From Balanoglossus misakiensis (lineage: Eukaryota > Animalia > Hemichordata), in contig CM082582.2 in assembly GCA_040954595.2 (NCBI GenBank), forward strand, positions 11,838,415 through 11,902,414: a DNA stretch of 64,000 bases, given 5' to 3'. The translations under genes were made by a program, and so were the position numbers. Positions 1-12,943 of the stretch are shown in pieces; the stretch's first letter is position 1; each line of letters opens with the position of its first letter. The notes beneath the pieces are model-generated. The model saw only the letters and a program-made list of their open reading frames with translations. It searched no databases and had not been told where the DNA came from.

Positions 1-476
1 ACAGCTTGCAACGCTTTTGGTTTCAAGCTAGCACAGTGCGCTCCGTGGACTGCTTGCGAAGTCTTGTGTCTAAGTAAAGTGTCGTCTGTCGTATAAATTC
101 GGCACCTGAGTTTGCAACGTGATTGTCGGCACAATCTGTTGGTGCAGATATTCTAATGATTCGTGATTATGCTAATCAGTATGCGCGTTCTTTGCATCTG
201 TAAGCAAGGAGACATTGACTTTTGCAGTGTTTGTTTCGGATAAGAAATCATTGATGAAATTGTGCTTTTCAAACATGCTTCGCACAATTGAAGATGATGA
301 CATTCTAGCTTGATCTCAAGAATAAACCATCTGTTGAAACCTGGCTGTATAGCAGAACTTTCGATAGTTACAAGATGATATAAAACATATTTTATGACAC
401 GCGCATTGAACACGCCCACTTTTTGGGGGAGTATCCAGCTTTATGTCTAACATGTCTGAACTAAAATGAAAACGTC

Positions 477-498
477 AACAACAACAACAACAACAACA
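477..498. repeat. short (CAA)n microsatellite
   Basis: caacaacaacaacaacaacaac run; it produces the poly-T in ORF 466..846. Confidence 0.85.
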
Positions 499-2388
499 TT
501 GCACTTTACAAATGCACAAAGCTACATGAAATCGAACCTAATCCCCAACCCATCCAAATTCCGTAGAAGTGGTACCACTTCTCATACAAGTCGAGGGCAC
601 GCCCGGTCATTTTTTGGGATGAAAAACAGAGTTTATATGAGTTCACAATACAATTTCTCGGCGATACACCAGAGTACGGATCGTCCACGAAGGAGGACCG
701 TGACGAATTGCACGTCGCTGTCAATTAATCAACCGCACGAGAAAGTGAGAATCGTGCAGAGACAATCATTCATGTTCCATGCCTGTGAGGTGAGTGCGGG
801 CATACACAGATCTTACACTAGTTTCACATCCGAAGAAAATTGTTAAAGGGATTTCTTTGTCTTGCTCTTTTCACCGACAAAAACCTACTTTTCTTGACAA
901 GCATATTACGATGACAAATAACAAATAAAAACTGTCACCCTAAATCAATAGTTTGTCGGCAATTGTGCCGTGAACCCGTGTGCCCTTTTTCGACAACAGC
1001 TCCCCCAACGATCAAATATCTTTATAATCAACAGGAACATTTTGTGACAACCTTCTTGTTCCTCCTGTTTAATGCTCTGTAAGATTTATTTAAAAGCTGT
1101 TACAAATTTTAACCAGTGTAAACTTTCAACCTGTCCGATTTCTAAAATGCAATTCCAGCAATAATTACAATGTTAAAACTATGTGCACAAATCCGATATC
1201 TCTAGCAAAGTGTTTCAGAACTAAAAATATTTCAGCATTCAATTACCATAGAAACCACAACGGCAAAATTCACAGTCGACTCATACCCTGTGTTCAACAA
1301 TAATTTCACTGGTCCAGACAAGGCAGCTCAACCCACTGTAACCATGGCGATGCATTAGTCGCAACACCATTCTTACAACGGCCGTCCTTGCCTTACAGTA
1401 CATTACAAAGGAATAATTTTTCATCATACCCGGTCAAAAATGATATTGTACTTTTGTTCGACAGACCCTGAATACAGACAATATCTTGTTTTGACATCAC
1501 CAATGACTAATGTTCTACTCCATGAGTGCCAGAAAAAATATCAAAAATCACGGTGTCATTGTACGCAACATCCAATGTACAGCAGTCAAGATGTGTATTA
1601 TTGAGTCAAAGCATTTCTTCTTTGCTGTACTCCCCCTAATTGGTCTGCAGATTCATCATGTTGTCATGGTTACTGCACCATGGCATTTTGTTAGGGTGAT
1701 TTTTCTGATGTGCAAATGTATTGATAGAAAGATTCAGAAAAGTTGGTGACAAAAAATTCAAGAATAATAGGTAGATTTTACCTTAATATCTTGGTCTAAT
1801 GTAGGTAATTATGCGCTACTGGGAATTCATTAATACTTAATGGCCTTCAGTGTAAATCAAAGTCCAGGAGAAAACTGTACAAAATGGGAAAAAAAGAAAC
1901 CAATTTCAAAAGTTTATAGATCATACTATTATCAGATCCATCAATAATATACACATACGACTTGGGTGTTTCTCAGGTACGCTACATTATTGATATTCAC
2001 ATGCATTTTATAGGTATATGAATTTTCTGATCAGAATGGATTACTTTTTTTCTTTTCTTTTTCAATAAACGCAAGTTTTATCAAAACTAAATCCAAATGA
2101 TTGGGTTTTCTGTCATTTTTTTTTACTTTGCCATTCACTGGGAATTGAAAATTGCCCTGAGGTATTCTGATTTTTTTTACTTTGTTGCTTAAACACTGCC
2201 TGAAGTGCATCAAGCTTAATGTTTAGTCAACAAGCAATGGATGGATGGAGGAACCTGAAAACTACTGTAGATTTTGAAGTTATAGAAGACTATGAAATAT
2301 TTGCTTCACTGAATTCACCACATCTCAGACTTTCTTGGTTACAGTTCACACTAAGTAAAAGCCGTGCAGCATATTATAACCATTATTT

Positions 2389-2603
2389 TTAACCCTTTCA
2401 CCCCTGGTTCCTTCTATAGAGGTCCAACTTTACCATAGAAAACAATGGATTTGGGTCAAACCATGGTGGGACCTCATTGTATTCCTGAGTGTAGTATACG
2501 CCAGCCCTATATGAGGGCAACAGGTGTGTGCTAGCATGCATGTGAACATGTGAAGAACTAACATTTGTTGTTCTTACTCTGAAAACAGGGGTGAAAGGGT
2601 TAA
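2389..2603. mobile_element. TTAA-flanked piggyBac-type MITE (longer composite copy)
   Basis: TTAA-CCCTTTCACCCCTG at the left end and CAGGGGTGAAAGGG-TTAA at the right end; the first ~80 bp match the copies at 10774 and 49496. Confidence 0.7.
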
Positions 2604-2646
2604 ACCCAGAGATTCCTACATACATACTTTTGATTCGCCACAGACT

Positions 2647-5600
2647 CTATTGGGGAACATACTCCCATAAAGAGAAGAAGCAATAGAGGAAGACACCCAG
2701 GGAGAGAATGATAACAAGGCCAATGTTGAGACAGATCTTGACTTCGCGCTTTTGCTTGAGAGAAGTGATTTGCAACAGGTGCTCGTAGTGTTCCTGAAGT
2801 TTCATCTTCTCCTTCTCGGTCGTGGCAAATCCACAGAACCAGTTGCAGCCTCTCTTCCAGATTGACGGTTTCTCTGGAAAAAGATTGTGAAACAGAAAGT
2901 GGAAGATATTAAGATCTGAGTGACACTGACATCTTCATCAGTTAATTGTTATATCCTCCACATTGTGAAATCAAACACACATAGTTGCTTTTCTCAGAAG
3001 CACAAAATTTCAACTTGACCTCAGGCTAGCCCACTCATCATTGTTGACATTGGCAACATTAGAATATCATAGGTTTACTTTATTTCACTTATTGATAAAA
3101 TTGTAATACCTTCTTCAACATGGACATGGTCCCCAACCACTGTGTAATCAGCTCCTTGTGCTTTCTTGATGCGAAGCGAGGTTTGGGCACTTTCATCAAT
3201 CTTGGACTTGGACGCGTCAGAAAACGCATCCTTTGGGAAGTCCTCTCCCTCATCAGGCGTTTGCGTGCTCATCTCCTTGACGATTTCATAAGGCTGAGTC
3301 TTCGCATCACCATGGGCACCATCCGCAGCACGAGCCCTCTCCACATCACTGTTCTCAATTTTCTCTCCAAACTCCCCATCCACCATGGGTACATTGGTCA
3401 TGTCTTTGTGGTGCCGTGTCCAGAATGTTGTGCGATGAATCTAACCAAGAGACAAGTCACTGTCAATGACATACATAGTACTTTGAGCATAGACTGTGTT
3501 AAAGGCACATGAGCTGCAACTTTGTGGACAATTATCTAAGTAAATTAGCTTAGGACATAGCAAAACTAAAACAAATTGCTGCCTTGTGGCCCAGCCAGTT
3601 GCTGTATTAGTTCAATTGCAAAATAAACTGTGAGCATGTAAACCATGTGTCTTTCCAGTGGTTTGGAGAGCCCATATCCTTACCTTCTCTGGCTCTGGAG
3701 GCGCAGTGAGCAAGGACACTATGATGGTCACCAAAGTGGTCAGCCAGAAGATCAGAATAGCAAAGTACATATAGTGAACCTTGGCCAGAAATGGTGGGCG
3801 GTTGTCTTCATCTCCGCATTTGTGAGGACCTCGGTAGACAAAGACAAGAATCAGCCGAGTGACACCAGCGACAAACCCGGCCATCAGTCCCCAGAATGCA
3901 CCCTGCAAATAATCATGGTACAGTCAGGTGACAATAGCTTGTCATCTAACGGAGCTAAAAAAAAGATTTATAATGCAAAGTTTATTGTGTTACACCAGTA
4001 CATAGAGTGAAAGCCAAGCCCTGCCAACAGACTGTTTCTTATCACAAGGAAAAAATAAAAAATCTGATGTCGAAAGAAACCAAAGGCAACCAACATGAAA
4101 ACTAGAGATTAACATAACAATTTTACCTTTTCATTACAGCGTTTCCACAGAATAGCGATCAGGAAGACTGCTGCCACTGGGGGCGCAAAATAGTCTGTAA
4201 TCTCCTGGATGTAAATGAAGACCTGACCTCCTTGGGTTTCCTTGACAACTGGCACCCAGGCAATACCGATCACCACCATAACGCACACAAAAACTCTAAG
4301 AGAAAATAAAACTGGTTTTAATTCTTCAGTACAATACATGTCTTACTATTTCTGCCATCATGAAACCCCTTTCCTCATTGCCTCTTTACTGCCTGTAAGT
4401 AGGTATCTCACCTGCCAACAATCATAAGTTCCCTGACTGACGCCTTCTTGCGAATTCTTCTCCAGATGTCAATGGTGAACAGAGTACTGGAGCTGTTGAA
4501 GATGGAATCCAAATCACTCATGAGGGCTGCAATCATTACGGCCATCATCAGACCTCGGGCACCTAACAAAGAATAAAAACATTTGTACCGTACTTTGAAT
4601 ATTGCTCACAAGTTTTGGTCAACACTTTCACAAGTTTTGAGCCAGAACACGCATTACTGGTCTTAGGACAACACTTACCATCAGGCATCAGAGAAAGTAC
4701 CAGTCTGGGGTAAGCAATATTGGTACATCCGGCCTCACTCTGGCAGATTTCGTAGCATCTCTCAGGGATTACACAGCCAACCTCATCTGAGAAATTGTAT
4801 CACAGTAAACAAAAAAACATTAACACTGATTGATAATGGATTAAAAATGGCACCTAAGTACAAAATGTATTAACCAGGGATGAGAATGCCACACACCCCT
4901 AATTTCCCAATCAAATTTATATTTTGTTTTAAATTTTATTTATTTCTTTCTATGGTAACCTACCTGGATGTAAAATACGACTGATCATTCCAGGCATAAC
5001 CATGATGAAGAGTGGAAGAATCTTGATGAAGCCTGCCATCAAAGTTGCTCCCTGGGCATGAGACAGACTTTTGGCAGCCAAGGCTCTCTGTACAATCACC
5101 TGAGGAAGAAAAATGAGGAGTCTCTCAAGAACAGGGCAATCAAGAATCAGTAATGATTTTATTACAAAGAGCACAGCTCAATTGAGGAGCAAGTTATATG
5201 AATATTTTCAAGGTCTCTTGTTTTTTGAACTGGAGAACTTTAACAAAATGCCCTGTGATTTAATTAGTATTAGAGCCATGACAAAACCACTGCAGGACAT
5301 TATCATCAAGGTCTGTTTCAATATTCAAAGTTCTGAAGAAAAAAAGCAATGCTTACTTGGTCGGCACACCAGTACCAGATGGAGCCAGGTGTTTGGCCAA
5401 ACAGAAAGCCTGGCCATGGCATGTCAGGATCTCTTGGTTCTCGCAGCATCTTGAAGGAAAATTCAGACGTCTCATGACAGGTTTCATTTGCTATGGTTTC
5501 GTTGGTCTCTGCCAATGGATACTTTCTGACCAAGCCATCATAGCCACCAATCTCATTAAATCCTTAAAAAAGAAGATTTATTTAGTGCAACAAGTGTGCC

Positions 5601-8600
5601 ACTGGTAGCTATTAAAGACATTGAAACTCTAATTGGTGTTATGAAAGACTTGGCAATCTTTTTCCATCCCAATTTCTCAAGAGAGGAGATTGATATTTAC
5701 CTAACCACATCAAAGCAATAGCTCCAAAGACCATCAGGAAGGCTTGAAGGGTGTCTGTGTAGATGACGGCCGCCAATCCTCCTGGAAAGATGATAAAAAA
5801 AAATTACACAATTTCAGAAGCCACTGCATCCTCAGTTTCCCAGAACATTTGGCAAATCACCAGGGCCATAATTCTCTGACTGTGGTGAAGACACACTGAT
5901 CAAAATCAGATGTAGGGATTCCTTTGCTTCATCATTGCCCTTGGATCCCAAGAGAGACGAGGACAGCAGAAATGAAAAATCATACAATGAGCATACAAGA
6001 CCAAACGCAAATCTACATCTGATTATCATGAGGCCATGCTCGGTTTTTGTCATTTTTAAGTCGATTGCTGCAAAAGAATAAGTTGCATGTATAGCGCATT
6101 CATATTATTATACTATATTAAAGTGCAAAAAACTGTTATGTATAAGTCATATGTGACTATCACACGACAAGTGTCTCTGACTCATGTGACTGCCATGTGA
6201 CGGGAGTCTCTTTATCGAAGGTGAGAGAAATATATTTAGACTGCAATACCTGTTATTGTCAAGAGAGCAACAAAAAGAATGAGAACAACAATTGAAACAT
6301 ATAAATCCCATCCAAGAGATTGCTGGATGAACAAGGCTCCTGTGTACAAATCTACCTGCGACAAGAGGAAAAAAAAGCATCAGTTTAGCAAAGACACAAA
6401 CGTAAAGTGGACATTTTACCCCTTATGCACCCAGCACTTAGTGCAACTCAATGGCTTTCAGTGGTATGGTGAAACCACACACAGAGAAATAGGAGTGATT
6501 AGGTTAATGACTAAATTCTGGGCTTACAACTATTGAAGTCGGCCAAATTTGTTTTCTGGAAGAAAAACTTCTCTTGGTTAATACCACAAAATACAACTGT
6601 ACTACAAAAAGTGCATCAAAAAGAGAAATCTGCAGATACATGTATCAGCACAAAGCGACTTACCGAAAGCTTGGTGAAAATGTACAGTATCAAAGATAGA
6701 AGAGCAAAATATACTCTTAATCTCTGTCCGCCAAAACGTTTGGATAGGTACTGTGGCATTGTGAAAATCTGTTGGAAAATGTGCACAGAGTTGTCATTAA
6801 CTGATTCAGTCATATGAATACAACGATGACAATCATCAAAATATGACCACATCACTTAAATACAAAGTATAAGGAACATACAGCCCCAATCACATTCTAT
6901 CATTATATGTTTTGAGTACTTACACCACAGGCTATGTAGACAGGCAGGAAAACCCATCCTAACAACTGAAGTAAGAGAATTGCATTGAATTCCCAGGCAC
7001 CAACACCAATGCCTCCAGCAGCGCCAGATCCAGCCAACCCGATGAAGTGTTCACTGCCAATGTTACTGACGAACAGTGACGCTCCAACCTGTACAAAATA
7101 TAGTGAATGAACATCTGGTTGAAAGAAATTGCTGCCATGCCAACCAATCAGTTTTGACACAGACTCTTTAAGATGTCACACATTCAAAGTAACTTGAAAT
7201 TCCAGCACAATTTTCACAGCATAGTCGAAATTCCACTTTTCCAGGAGTCATTCAGGTGCTTCAAACCACTTTGCAGTTGTAATGTTGCATAAGAAACTTA
7301 TAAGAAATAAGAAACTTATAGGAAACTTATAATTGTAGACTCACCATCCAGAATGGCATTGTTCTCCCAGCCAAAAAGTAACCGGTAACAGTACCTCTGT
7401 TAGACCGGCACATGGCCTGCAATGAAGAAAAAAAAAACATTTTCAACATTATCATCATAAAAGCAAATCATTTGGAGGTATGAATCAATTATCTTATAAA
7501 GTTGGAATTTTTAATTCTCCATCACTGATATCAATTGCTAACATTTTTAATATAATTTTTCCTTCCTCATCAAGCAAATATGAGTCACCTCAACATCACT
7601 ATAGTAACCTGCAATTCATCACATAAAAACATTTTAACACAGTTAGGGACCTTTACACTCTCAGTGTGAAGCAAGGCTTTTCAGATGCAAGTGGAAAAAA
7701 CAAACACATTATATTTGCTCAGAACAAACCCACATTTGTATGAACTGGCCATCCATGGGTCCATAAGTGACCTGCAGCCATCTTTCTAACAATTTCTGTG
7801 CTGGCAGGTATAAGCTGCATAGGTATATTTATGGCAGGGGAGGGGAAGACCTTACTATTGTTTCTGTTTATTGACACCTGACATACAGAGAGTAAACAAA
7901 GGATTTTATTACAGTGGCCTTGTATGGCCAAGGCTCAACATGTTTTTTTACAACTGGTTGCCCCATATACGTTTTGTACATATATGATATGGTGTTTATT
8001 TACAGCACATGACAGACATACCCTGAGAGGGATGACGGCAGCAGTTTTGTAACTTTATTTCAGTTTTTGAGTGATGGGCTCCCATTCCTGTGCAAATATG
8101 CATGGCCAAAAGTGAAGTGCCTAGAAACGCCCGATGTTATGAACAATGGGGACAGTGAGTGTTATCGGTTTCAATGAACCAAAGTCCAGACAATTTTAAG
8201 TGTCTGCAAGAAACGGTACTCGCTTTGTAGAAAACACAACTCCCTACTACTTCTACCAAAGGCAAACGATTCATTTCATTTCCAACTGACTTTAGCCTGA
8301 TAATAAAGTCAGTTGGAAATGAAATGAATCGTTTGCCTTTGACTTCTACTAGGCTAACACATCTCTCAGAACTAGAAGCACATGACGAACCACCTCCCCT
8401 TCTATAGATTAAAAGTTTAGGCTGGTGATGAACAGGTGTATTTGATGTAATAAAACCATGACATGCAGGATTCCATGGAAAAGTCTTAACTGTTCCCCTG
8501 CATTGCTTTGTTCATTTGTAAATGGCTTCACATATAGCGTCGTTGTAAGAGAAACTTCTAGACGAAAACAACACACGTCTAGTATGGCAGGCAGGAAGGG

Positions 8601-8714
8601 CAGCACGCACCTCTCTATCATATATTTGATACTTACAAACAATCCCACTGCTATCACTAAGACAAAATAGGCAACGACAACCCCAATGTCAGCTCCAGAT
8701 AGCCTTCTCTCCAT
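2647..8714 (-). CDS. SLC5A3: sodium/myo-inositol cotransporter (SLC5/SSS family, SMIT1-like), ~14 coding exons
   Basis: GT-AG exons approx. 8714-8637, 7416-7345, 7088-6924, 6768-6664, 6355-6250, 5781-5700, 5562-5358, 5099-4964, 4786-4679, 4563-4411, 4295-4127, 3903-3684, 3440-3110, 2873-2647. Motifs [63 protein letters not shown] and C-terminal [25 protein letters not shown] match SLC5A3 best (GQTP motif). Confidence 0.9.
8257..8341. mobile_element. 85-bp foldback MITE with 8-bp TSD (P/hAT-like) in SLC5A3 intron 1
   Basis: Perfect 38-bp inverted arms (8257-8294 and 8304-8341) starting CAAAGG, flanked by the direct repeat ACTTCTAC at 8249-8256 and 8342-8349. Confidence 0.85.
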
Positions 8715-10115
8715 CTTGACAATCTTATAGACTTTCAAATCCAGGAGAATGCAAGAAAATTGTGGAAATGTTCTGTACCGAGATGTCCAGTGCAGTCGCA
8801 GGGCGCTCAACTAGTTGACTGTGTGACCGATTAGTGAAAGCGTGCTCTATATATTAAAGTCTGAGGGCAATACGTTTTTAAAATATTGTTTAACGCACAG
8901 ACACTTGTAATATTTTGGCGTCGAAAGGATTACGGTCGCACATCACTCGAATATCAGTTACTTAACGATGCTTGACCAAAAGAGCAACGATTGTGACCGT
9001 AATCATATAGAAAGATAGCTATACCACCTATGGGGGAGGGGTGGAAATCGTTGATCGTAAAACTGGTCAGTTTCTTCAACCAGAGACTGAAGGAGGTCAC
9101 TCGATTTTGTTCGGTGCACATCAACTGTCACTGACCCAATAGATAAAAGTAAAACAGGGGACCCTTGACAGGAAGTATTTAAGATTATGTAGAAAGGGAT
9201 ATGGTAAATAAAGCAATGCAAGATAACTATAATAACTGATTTTCCTGTTGTTTCCATAACTAGGCTCTTGAAAGTAGATGTGGGATGGCATGATTCTAAT
9301 GTTCTATTGGTAGATGGTGCTCAATTGATCAGTTGTGTGCCTTTTTTAAGGAAAATCCCATGAGTATACAATTGCTCATTTGGATATAAATAGAATTCTT
9401 TCTTGACAAAGAATTAGTTTTTCTCAATAGACTGGCTGAAGAAAGACACCCTCTCCTAAAGTTCAGTAGTGAAGAACTGTAGGCCAGGTAGCCAATGGAA
9501 TATTTAAGTGCTATTCAGTAGTTCCTTGAAAGAACAGGCATCACAAAACAAGTGCATGCAAAGGTCAGCAAAACCCTGCAGGCAAAAGCTCACCCCCCCC
9601 CCCCCCCCACAAATATATTTAAATTACTCCAAATTTGAAGAAAGTCCAAGTGAAAGTGAAGATGTGGCACAGTAAAGCATTTAAAACTTTAATTACTTTC
9701 TTTATAACTTTCTATACAGGCAGCAACACAGGACCAAAGTGGTTGATTGAGTTAAAAGCAGATGAAATTGGTCAGGCGATTATCAACATTGACAAGTGCA
9801 TAATCAGTTTCCAGACTTGCAAGGCACCAACAGCTAAGAATACAAATCACTCACTCAAGACAGGCACATATGAAACAAGGTTTTTTTATTTCTCATCTAT
9901 AAATAAAACTCAAGTAGAATGGAAAACAACTGCTGACAAACAGCCACTGGACATTTCAGACCAAAAGGATCTTCAAGTTTCCCATTTCACACCTGTCAAT
10001 AGAAAAAGAAGAACTATTAGTAATACTACATGTATACAAAAAATAGCAAAAAACCATTAATTCAAAAATTATCCCTGGTGAATTATTTCAATACGTTACG
10101 TTTTATTCTTGTACA

Positions 10116-10182
10116 ATGTCTCAGACAAACCAATCAACACTGAAGATTCTGCCTGGGGCGGTAAAGTTCATCATCATTGACT
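10116..10182 (-). ncRNA. SNORD31: box C/D snoRNA, SNORD31/U31-like (copy 1)
   Basis: Box C ATGATGA (10177-10171); guide TACCGCCCCAG complementary to 28S CUGGGGCGGUA; D' CAGA; box D CTGA (10124-10121); flanking stem. Confidence 0.88.
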
Positions 10183-10402
10183 TGTACTTGTGTCTACTAA
10201 GAAGTATATAAAGACCTACCTCTTTCATTCAGATCACATCTCAGAAAGCATTTCATTACACAGAACTCAAGGCTACAGAGGTCCAATGCTCATCATCCAC
10301 AGCAAGTCCCTGGAAAGAAAGAATAACACAGTCTGAATTATCAAAATCATAAACACTCTCCATGGTACAAGTAAAACAGACCTGGCTTGTGTAGTCAGTA
10401 AA

Positions 10403-10471
10403 GTTTCTCAGTCTAAAAACCAATCAACATGATTTAAGTCTGCCTGGGGCGGTATTAGATCATCATTGAAG
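10403..10471 (-). ncRNA. SNORD31: box C/D snoRNA, SNORD31/U31-like (copy 2)
   Basis: ATGATGATCTAATACCGCCCCAGGCAGA...GTTGATTGG...CTGA, with a GTAAAG/CTTTAC flanking stem. Confidence 0.88.
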
Positions 10472-10773
10472 CTTTACATTCTGAAGGCACCAGTGACCTG
10501 TAGTGACACATGGATTCAACAACAAGTACTGGATTGTAGTTTATGACAAAATGAAACAAGCCATAATTCTCCACAAGATGATTTTGTTCATTACCTAACA
10601 AACTGGATAACGAGAAGGCCACAAAGCTCCAACTATAACAGCCCACAGATACTTCCACTGCTGACATTAATTTGACCTGCTCTCGAGCTGACCTTCACTT
10701 CTGAGGAACTGCTGATGAAAGACAGAACAAGTAACAATATGTTAAAGAGCATCACACATTTTTGTTTTGCTTT

Positions 10774-10858
10774 TTAACCCTTTCACCACCATGGTTCAGT
10801 CCAAACCCACTGTTTTCTAGGGTAAGTTGGACCTCTATAGAGGGAACTAGGGGTGAAA
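10774..10858. mobile_element. piggyBac-type TTAA MITE copy
   Basis: TTAACCCTTTCACCACCATGG...CTAGGGGTGAAA; same family as the copies at 2389 and 49496, in the opposite orientation. Confidence 0.75.
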
Positions 10859-10872
10859 TGCCCAGTGGAAAT

Positions 10873-10958
10873 GTCACATTCAGAAATCACAAATCTTCAA
10901 CCTCTCCTAATGGAGAGGAGTCAGAACAGGTCTGAGAATATATTCATCATTCTGTGAC
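10873..10958 (-). ncRNA. SNORD25: box C/D snoRNA, SNORD25/U25-like
   Basis: Stem GTCACA/TGTGAC; box C ATGATGA; guide CAGACCTGTT before D' CTGA, complementary to 18S AACAGGUCUG; box D CTGA. Confidence 0.88.
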
Positions 10959-11213
10959 ACTGCCTGGGTCAAAGGTCACCAAATGGTCAAAGGCCAATAA
11001 GATCAGCAAGAACTGCCATGGGGAATAAATCCAGCATTGTGGAACCAAACAAAGTTGGACAACTAAAACTTTTAAATCGAATCCTTACCTCCTGTGTAGG
11101 ATTTTGATCTTCTAAACGTTCAACCTGCAGATAAAATAACACGGAGTATGATTATTGGGCACTCTTTCTCTGTATCACAATCTATAATGGATTCTGAACA
11201 CCATTTCCTGTAC

Positions 11214-11290
11214 AAGCTCAGGTATAGACATTTGTAATCACAAAAGCAAAAGCTAGATCATACGAACGAGACATTGTCTCATCACTGCTT
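11214..11290 (-). ncRNA. SNORD30: box C/D snoRNA, SNORD30/U30-like
   Basis: Box C GTGATGA; guide GTCTCGTTCGT before D' ATGA, complementary to 18S ACGAACGAGAC; box D CTGA; AAGC/GCTT stem. Confidence 0.75.
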
Positions 11291-11551
11291 ATACTCCAAG
11301 TCATTCTCTGCTATACATCAAATCCAAACATAATTCTGGCAAGGCCAATTCTTTTAGGAATAACTTTCAAGGTTACCATGACTACCTGCAGCGAGCATTC
11401 TTCCTAGCCAAGATGCCAATTCTGTACAGATGCCTTTAATGACCTGAAAGTACATAAAAACAAGAAACCATCTAATACTTGCATTAGCATTCACCTAAAC
11501 GATAGATATTTACAAAACCACCATACTACATATACAAGCATTATACTCTTT

Positions 11552-11630
11552 GAGGTCTCAGACTAGATACATAGGTCAACAAACAAAGTTCAGATATATG
11601 CTTGTCAGTATTAGATCATCACTGTACCTC
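11552..11630 (-). ncRNA. SNORD27: box C/D snoRNA, SNORD27/U27-like (copy 1)
   Basis: Box C GTGATGA; guide GACAAGCATAT before D' CTGA, complementary to the 18S 5' region AUAUGCUUGUC; box D CTGA; GAGGT/ACCTC stem. Confidence 0.88.
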
Positions 11631-11804
11631 TTTCCACAAGCAGAAAATTACCCAGTTGTGAAATAAAAATTACCTTTTATTTATTTCATCAAATCCACAC
11701 TTCCATCTGTACCCTGGAGGATAAGAAAACAAACTTTATGTGAGCCAGGATTTTCATGTCACCTGTATAGATTAGTATATTTGTTAGAGATGCCACTCAG
11801 TTAA

Positions 11805-12943
11805 AGTGGAACGTTGTGATCCGTTTTTGAGCCAATTCTGCGAAATGCGATTAAAAAGTACTATGAAAAACGTTGGTTTCATTCACTTTCACTTACGCAT
11901 AACAGAGCTACAGCCAGCCAAAAACTGCGCGAACCCGGAAGTGAGTGACGTCAGCAACTGTTGTCCGCTGCCGACGCGTTGGAGCGAGCTTATGCTTATA
12001 CACGCCTGCACTCACGCGACCGACGACGTTAGCATGGCAACATATTCTCGGGTAGTAGGCTACAATTTTGAACCAGAGATTCCCTTCTACGACCAAGCGA
12101 CTGAATTTTACAGAGGACAAAAGTTCATGCAGTTCTGATCTCCGATGTGTCCCGTTTGTCAAGGCTTACACTTGGTGTGGTTTCATCAGTGAAACCATAG
12201 ACCCTAGAGTCTATGGTGAAACAGACAATGATACCCTCCCTCGTTGTCTCTCCCTCGTTGTCACCTTTTCGAACCACTTTTCTTACAAAAATACTTAGTC
12301 ACCTTTTATGGAGTTGAAAAGAACGCAGGTGCATCGTCCTGCTCTCCAGGTTTAGTACGTCCGTAGTATAATGGAAGCCAATACTATAGTTATTGTATGC
12401 ATGTTTCGTCTCTTGAAATGTATTAAAACTGCCCTTTTTAGTTGCTTTCATTTGATAACTATGCGATCGTCAATAAATGGAAATTAAACCCAAATACGTG
12501 TACCAAAAAACGTGCAGGAAGGATTTAAAACGGTACGTTTATTATTATCAGCGGCAGTTAGAACAACTTTGTATAGGCCTTACGGTTTGTTCATAAACGT
12601 CGACATGCATGGCATCATGGACATTGCAGGGTCTATGTCTGCACGCATCGACAAATACAATACACGAAGAGCATTGCCTTTGAAAGAAACTTATCCCCGT
12701 CGATTTTCCGAATATGTTTTTAAAATCATGAACTTGACATTTCGCCATGTCAGATCCGCGCAAAATGTGTCTGTTTATTGGAAATGACACGTCGAACGTG
12801 TAAGTTGCTGACGTCACTGTAGTATTTTCAACGCGCGTCTTCTGCTTGCGCAGGAAGTGAAAGTGAATTAACCCATCGGAACGTTGCCGTTTTTGACACC
12901 CGGTTTGTACTTTGAAGCCCAAAATTGAGGGTGTCGTTCCTCT
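11805..12943. mobile_element. non-autonomous DNA transposon with TTAA TSD and AG...CT termini (Kolobok-like), 1139 bp
   Basis: TTAA at 11801-11804 and 12944-12947; imperfect TIRs AGTGGAACG / AGAGGAACG; boundaries independently fixed by the interrupted snoRNA; no transposase ORF. Confidence 0.8.
12196..12215. mobile_element. 20-bp mini inverted-repeat insertion or footprint with 7-bp TSD
   Basis: GTGAAAC-[CATAGAC cctaga GTCTATG]-GTGAAAC. Confidence 0.55.

Noticed and set aside
7289-7331. AAGAAACTTAT short tandem repeat
   Set aside because: Three degenerate units in an intron; ordinary slippage, not a CRISPR-like array
8763-8773. TGGAAATGTTC matching the TonE/ORE consensus near the SLC5A3 start
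   Set aside because: A single degenerate 11-mer is expected by chance; tempting only because SMIT1 is osmoregulated
11806-12922. ORFs within the Kolobok-like element as transposase remnants
   Set aside because: No DDE, THAP or zinc-finger motifs recognised
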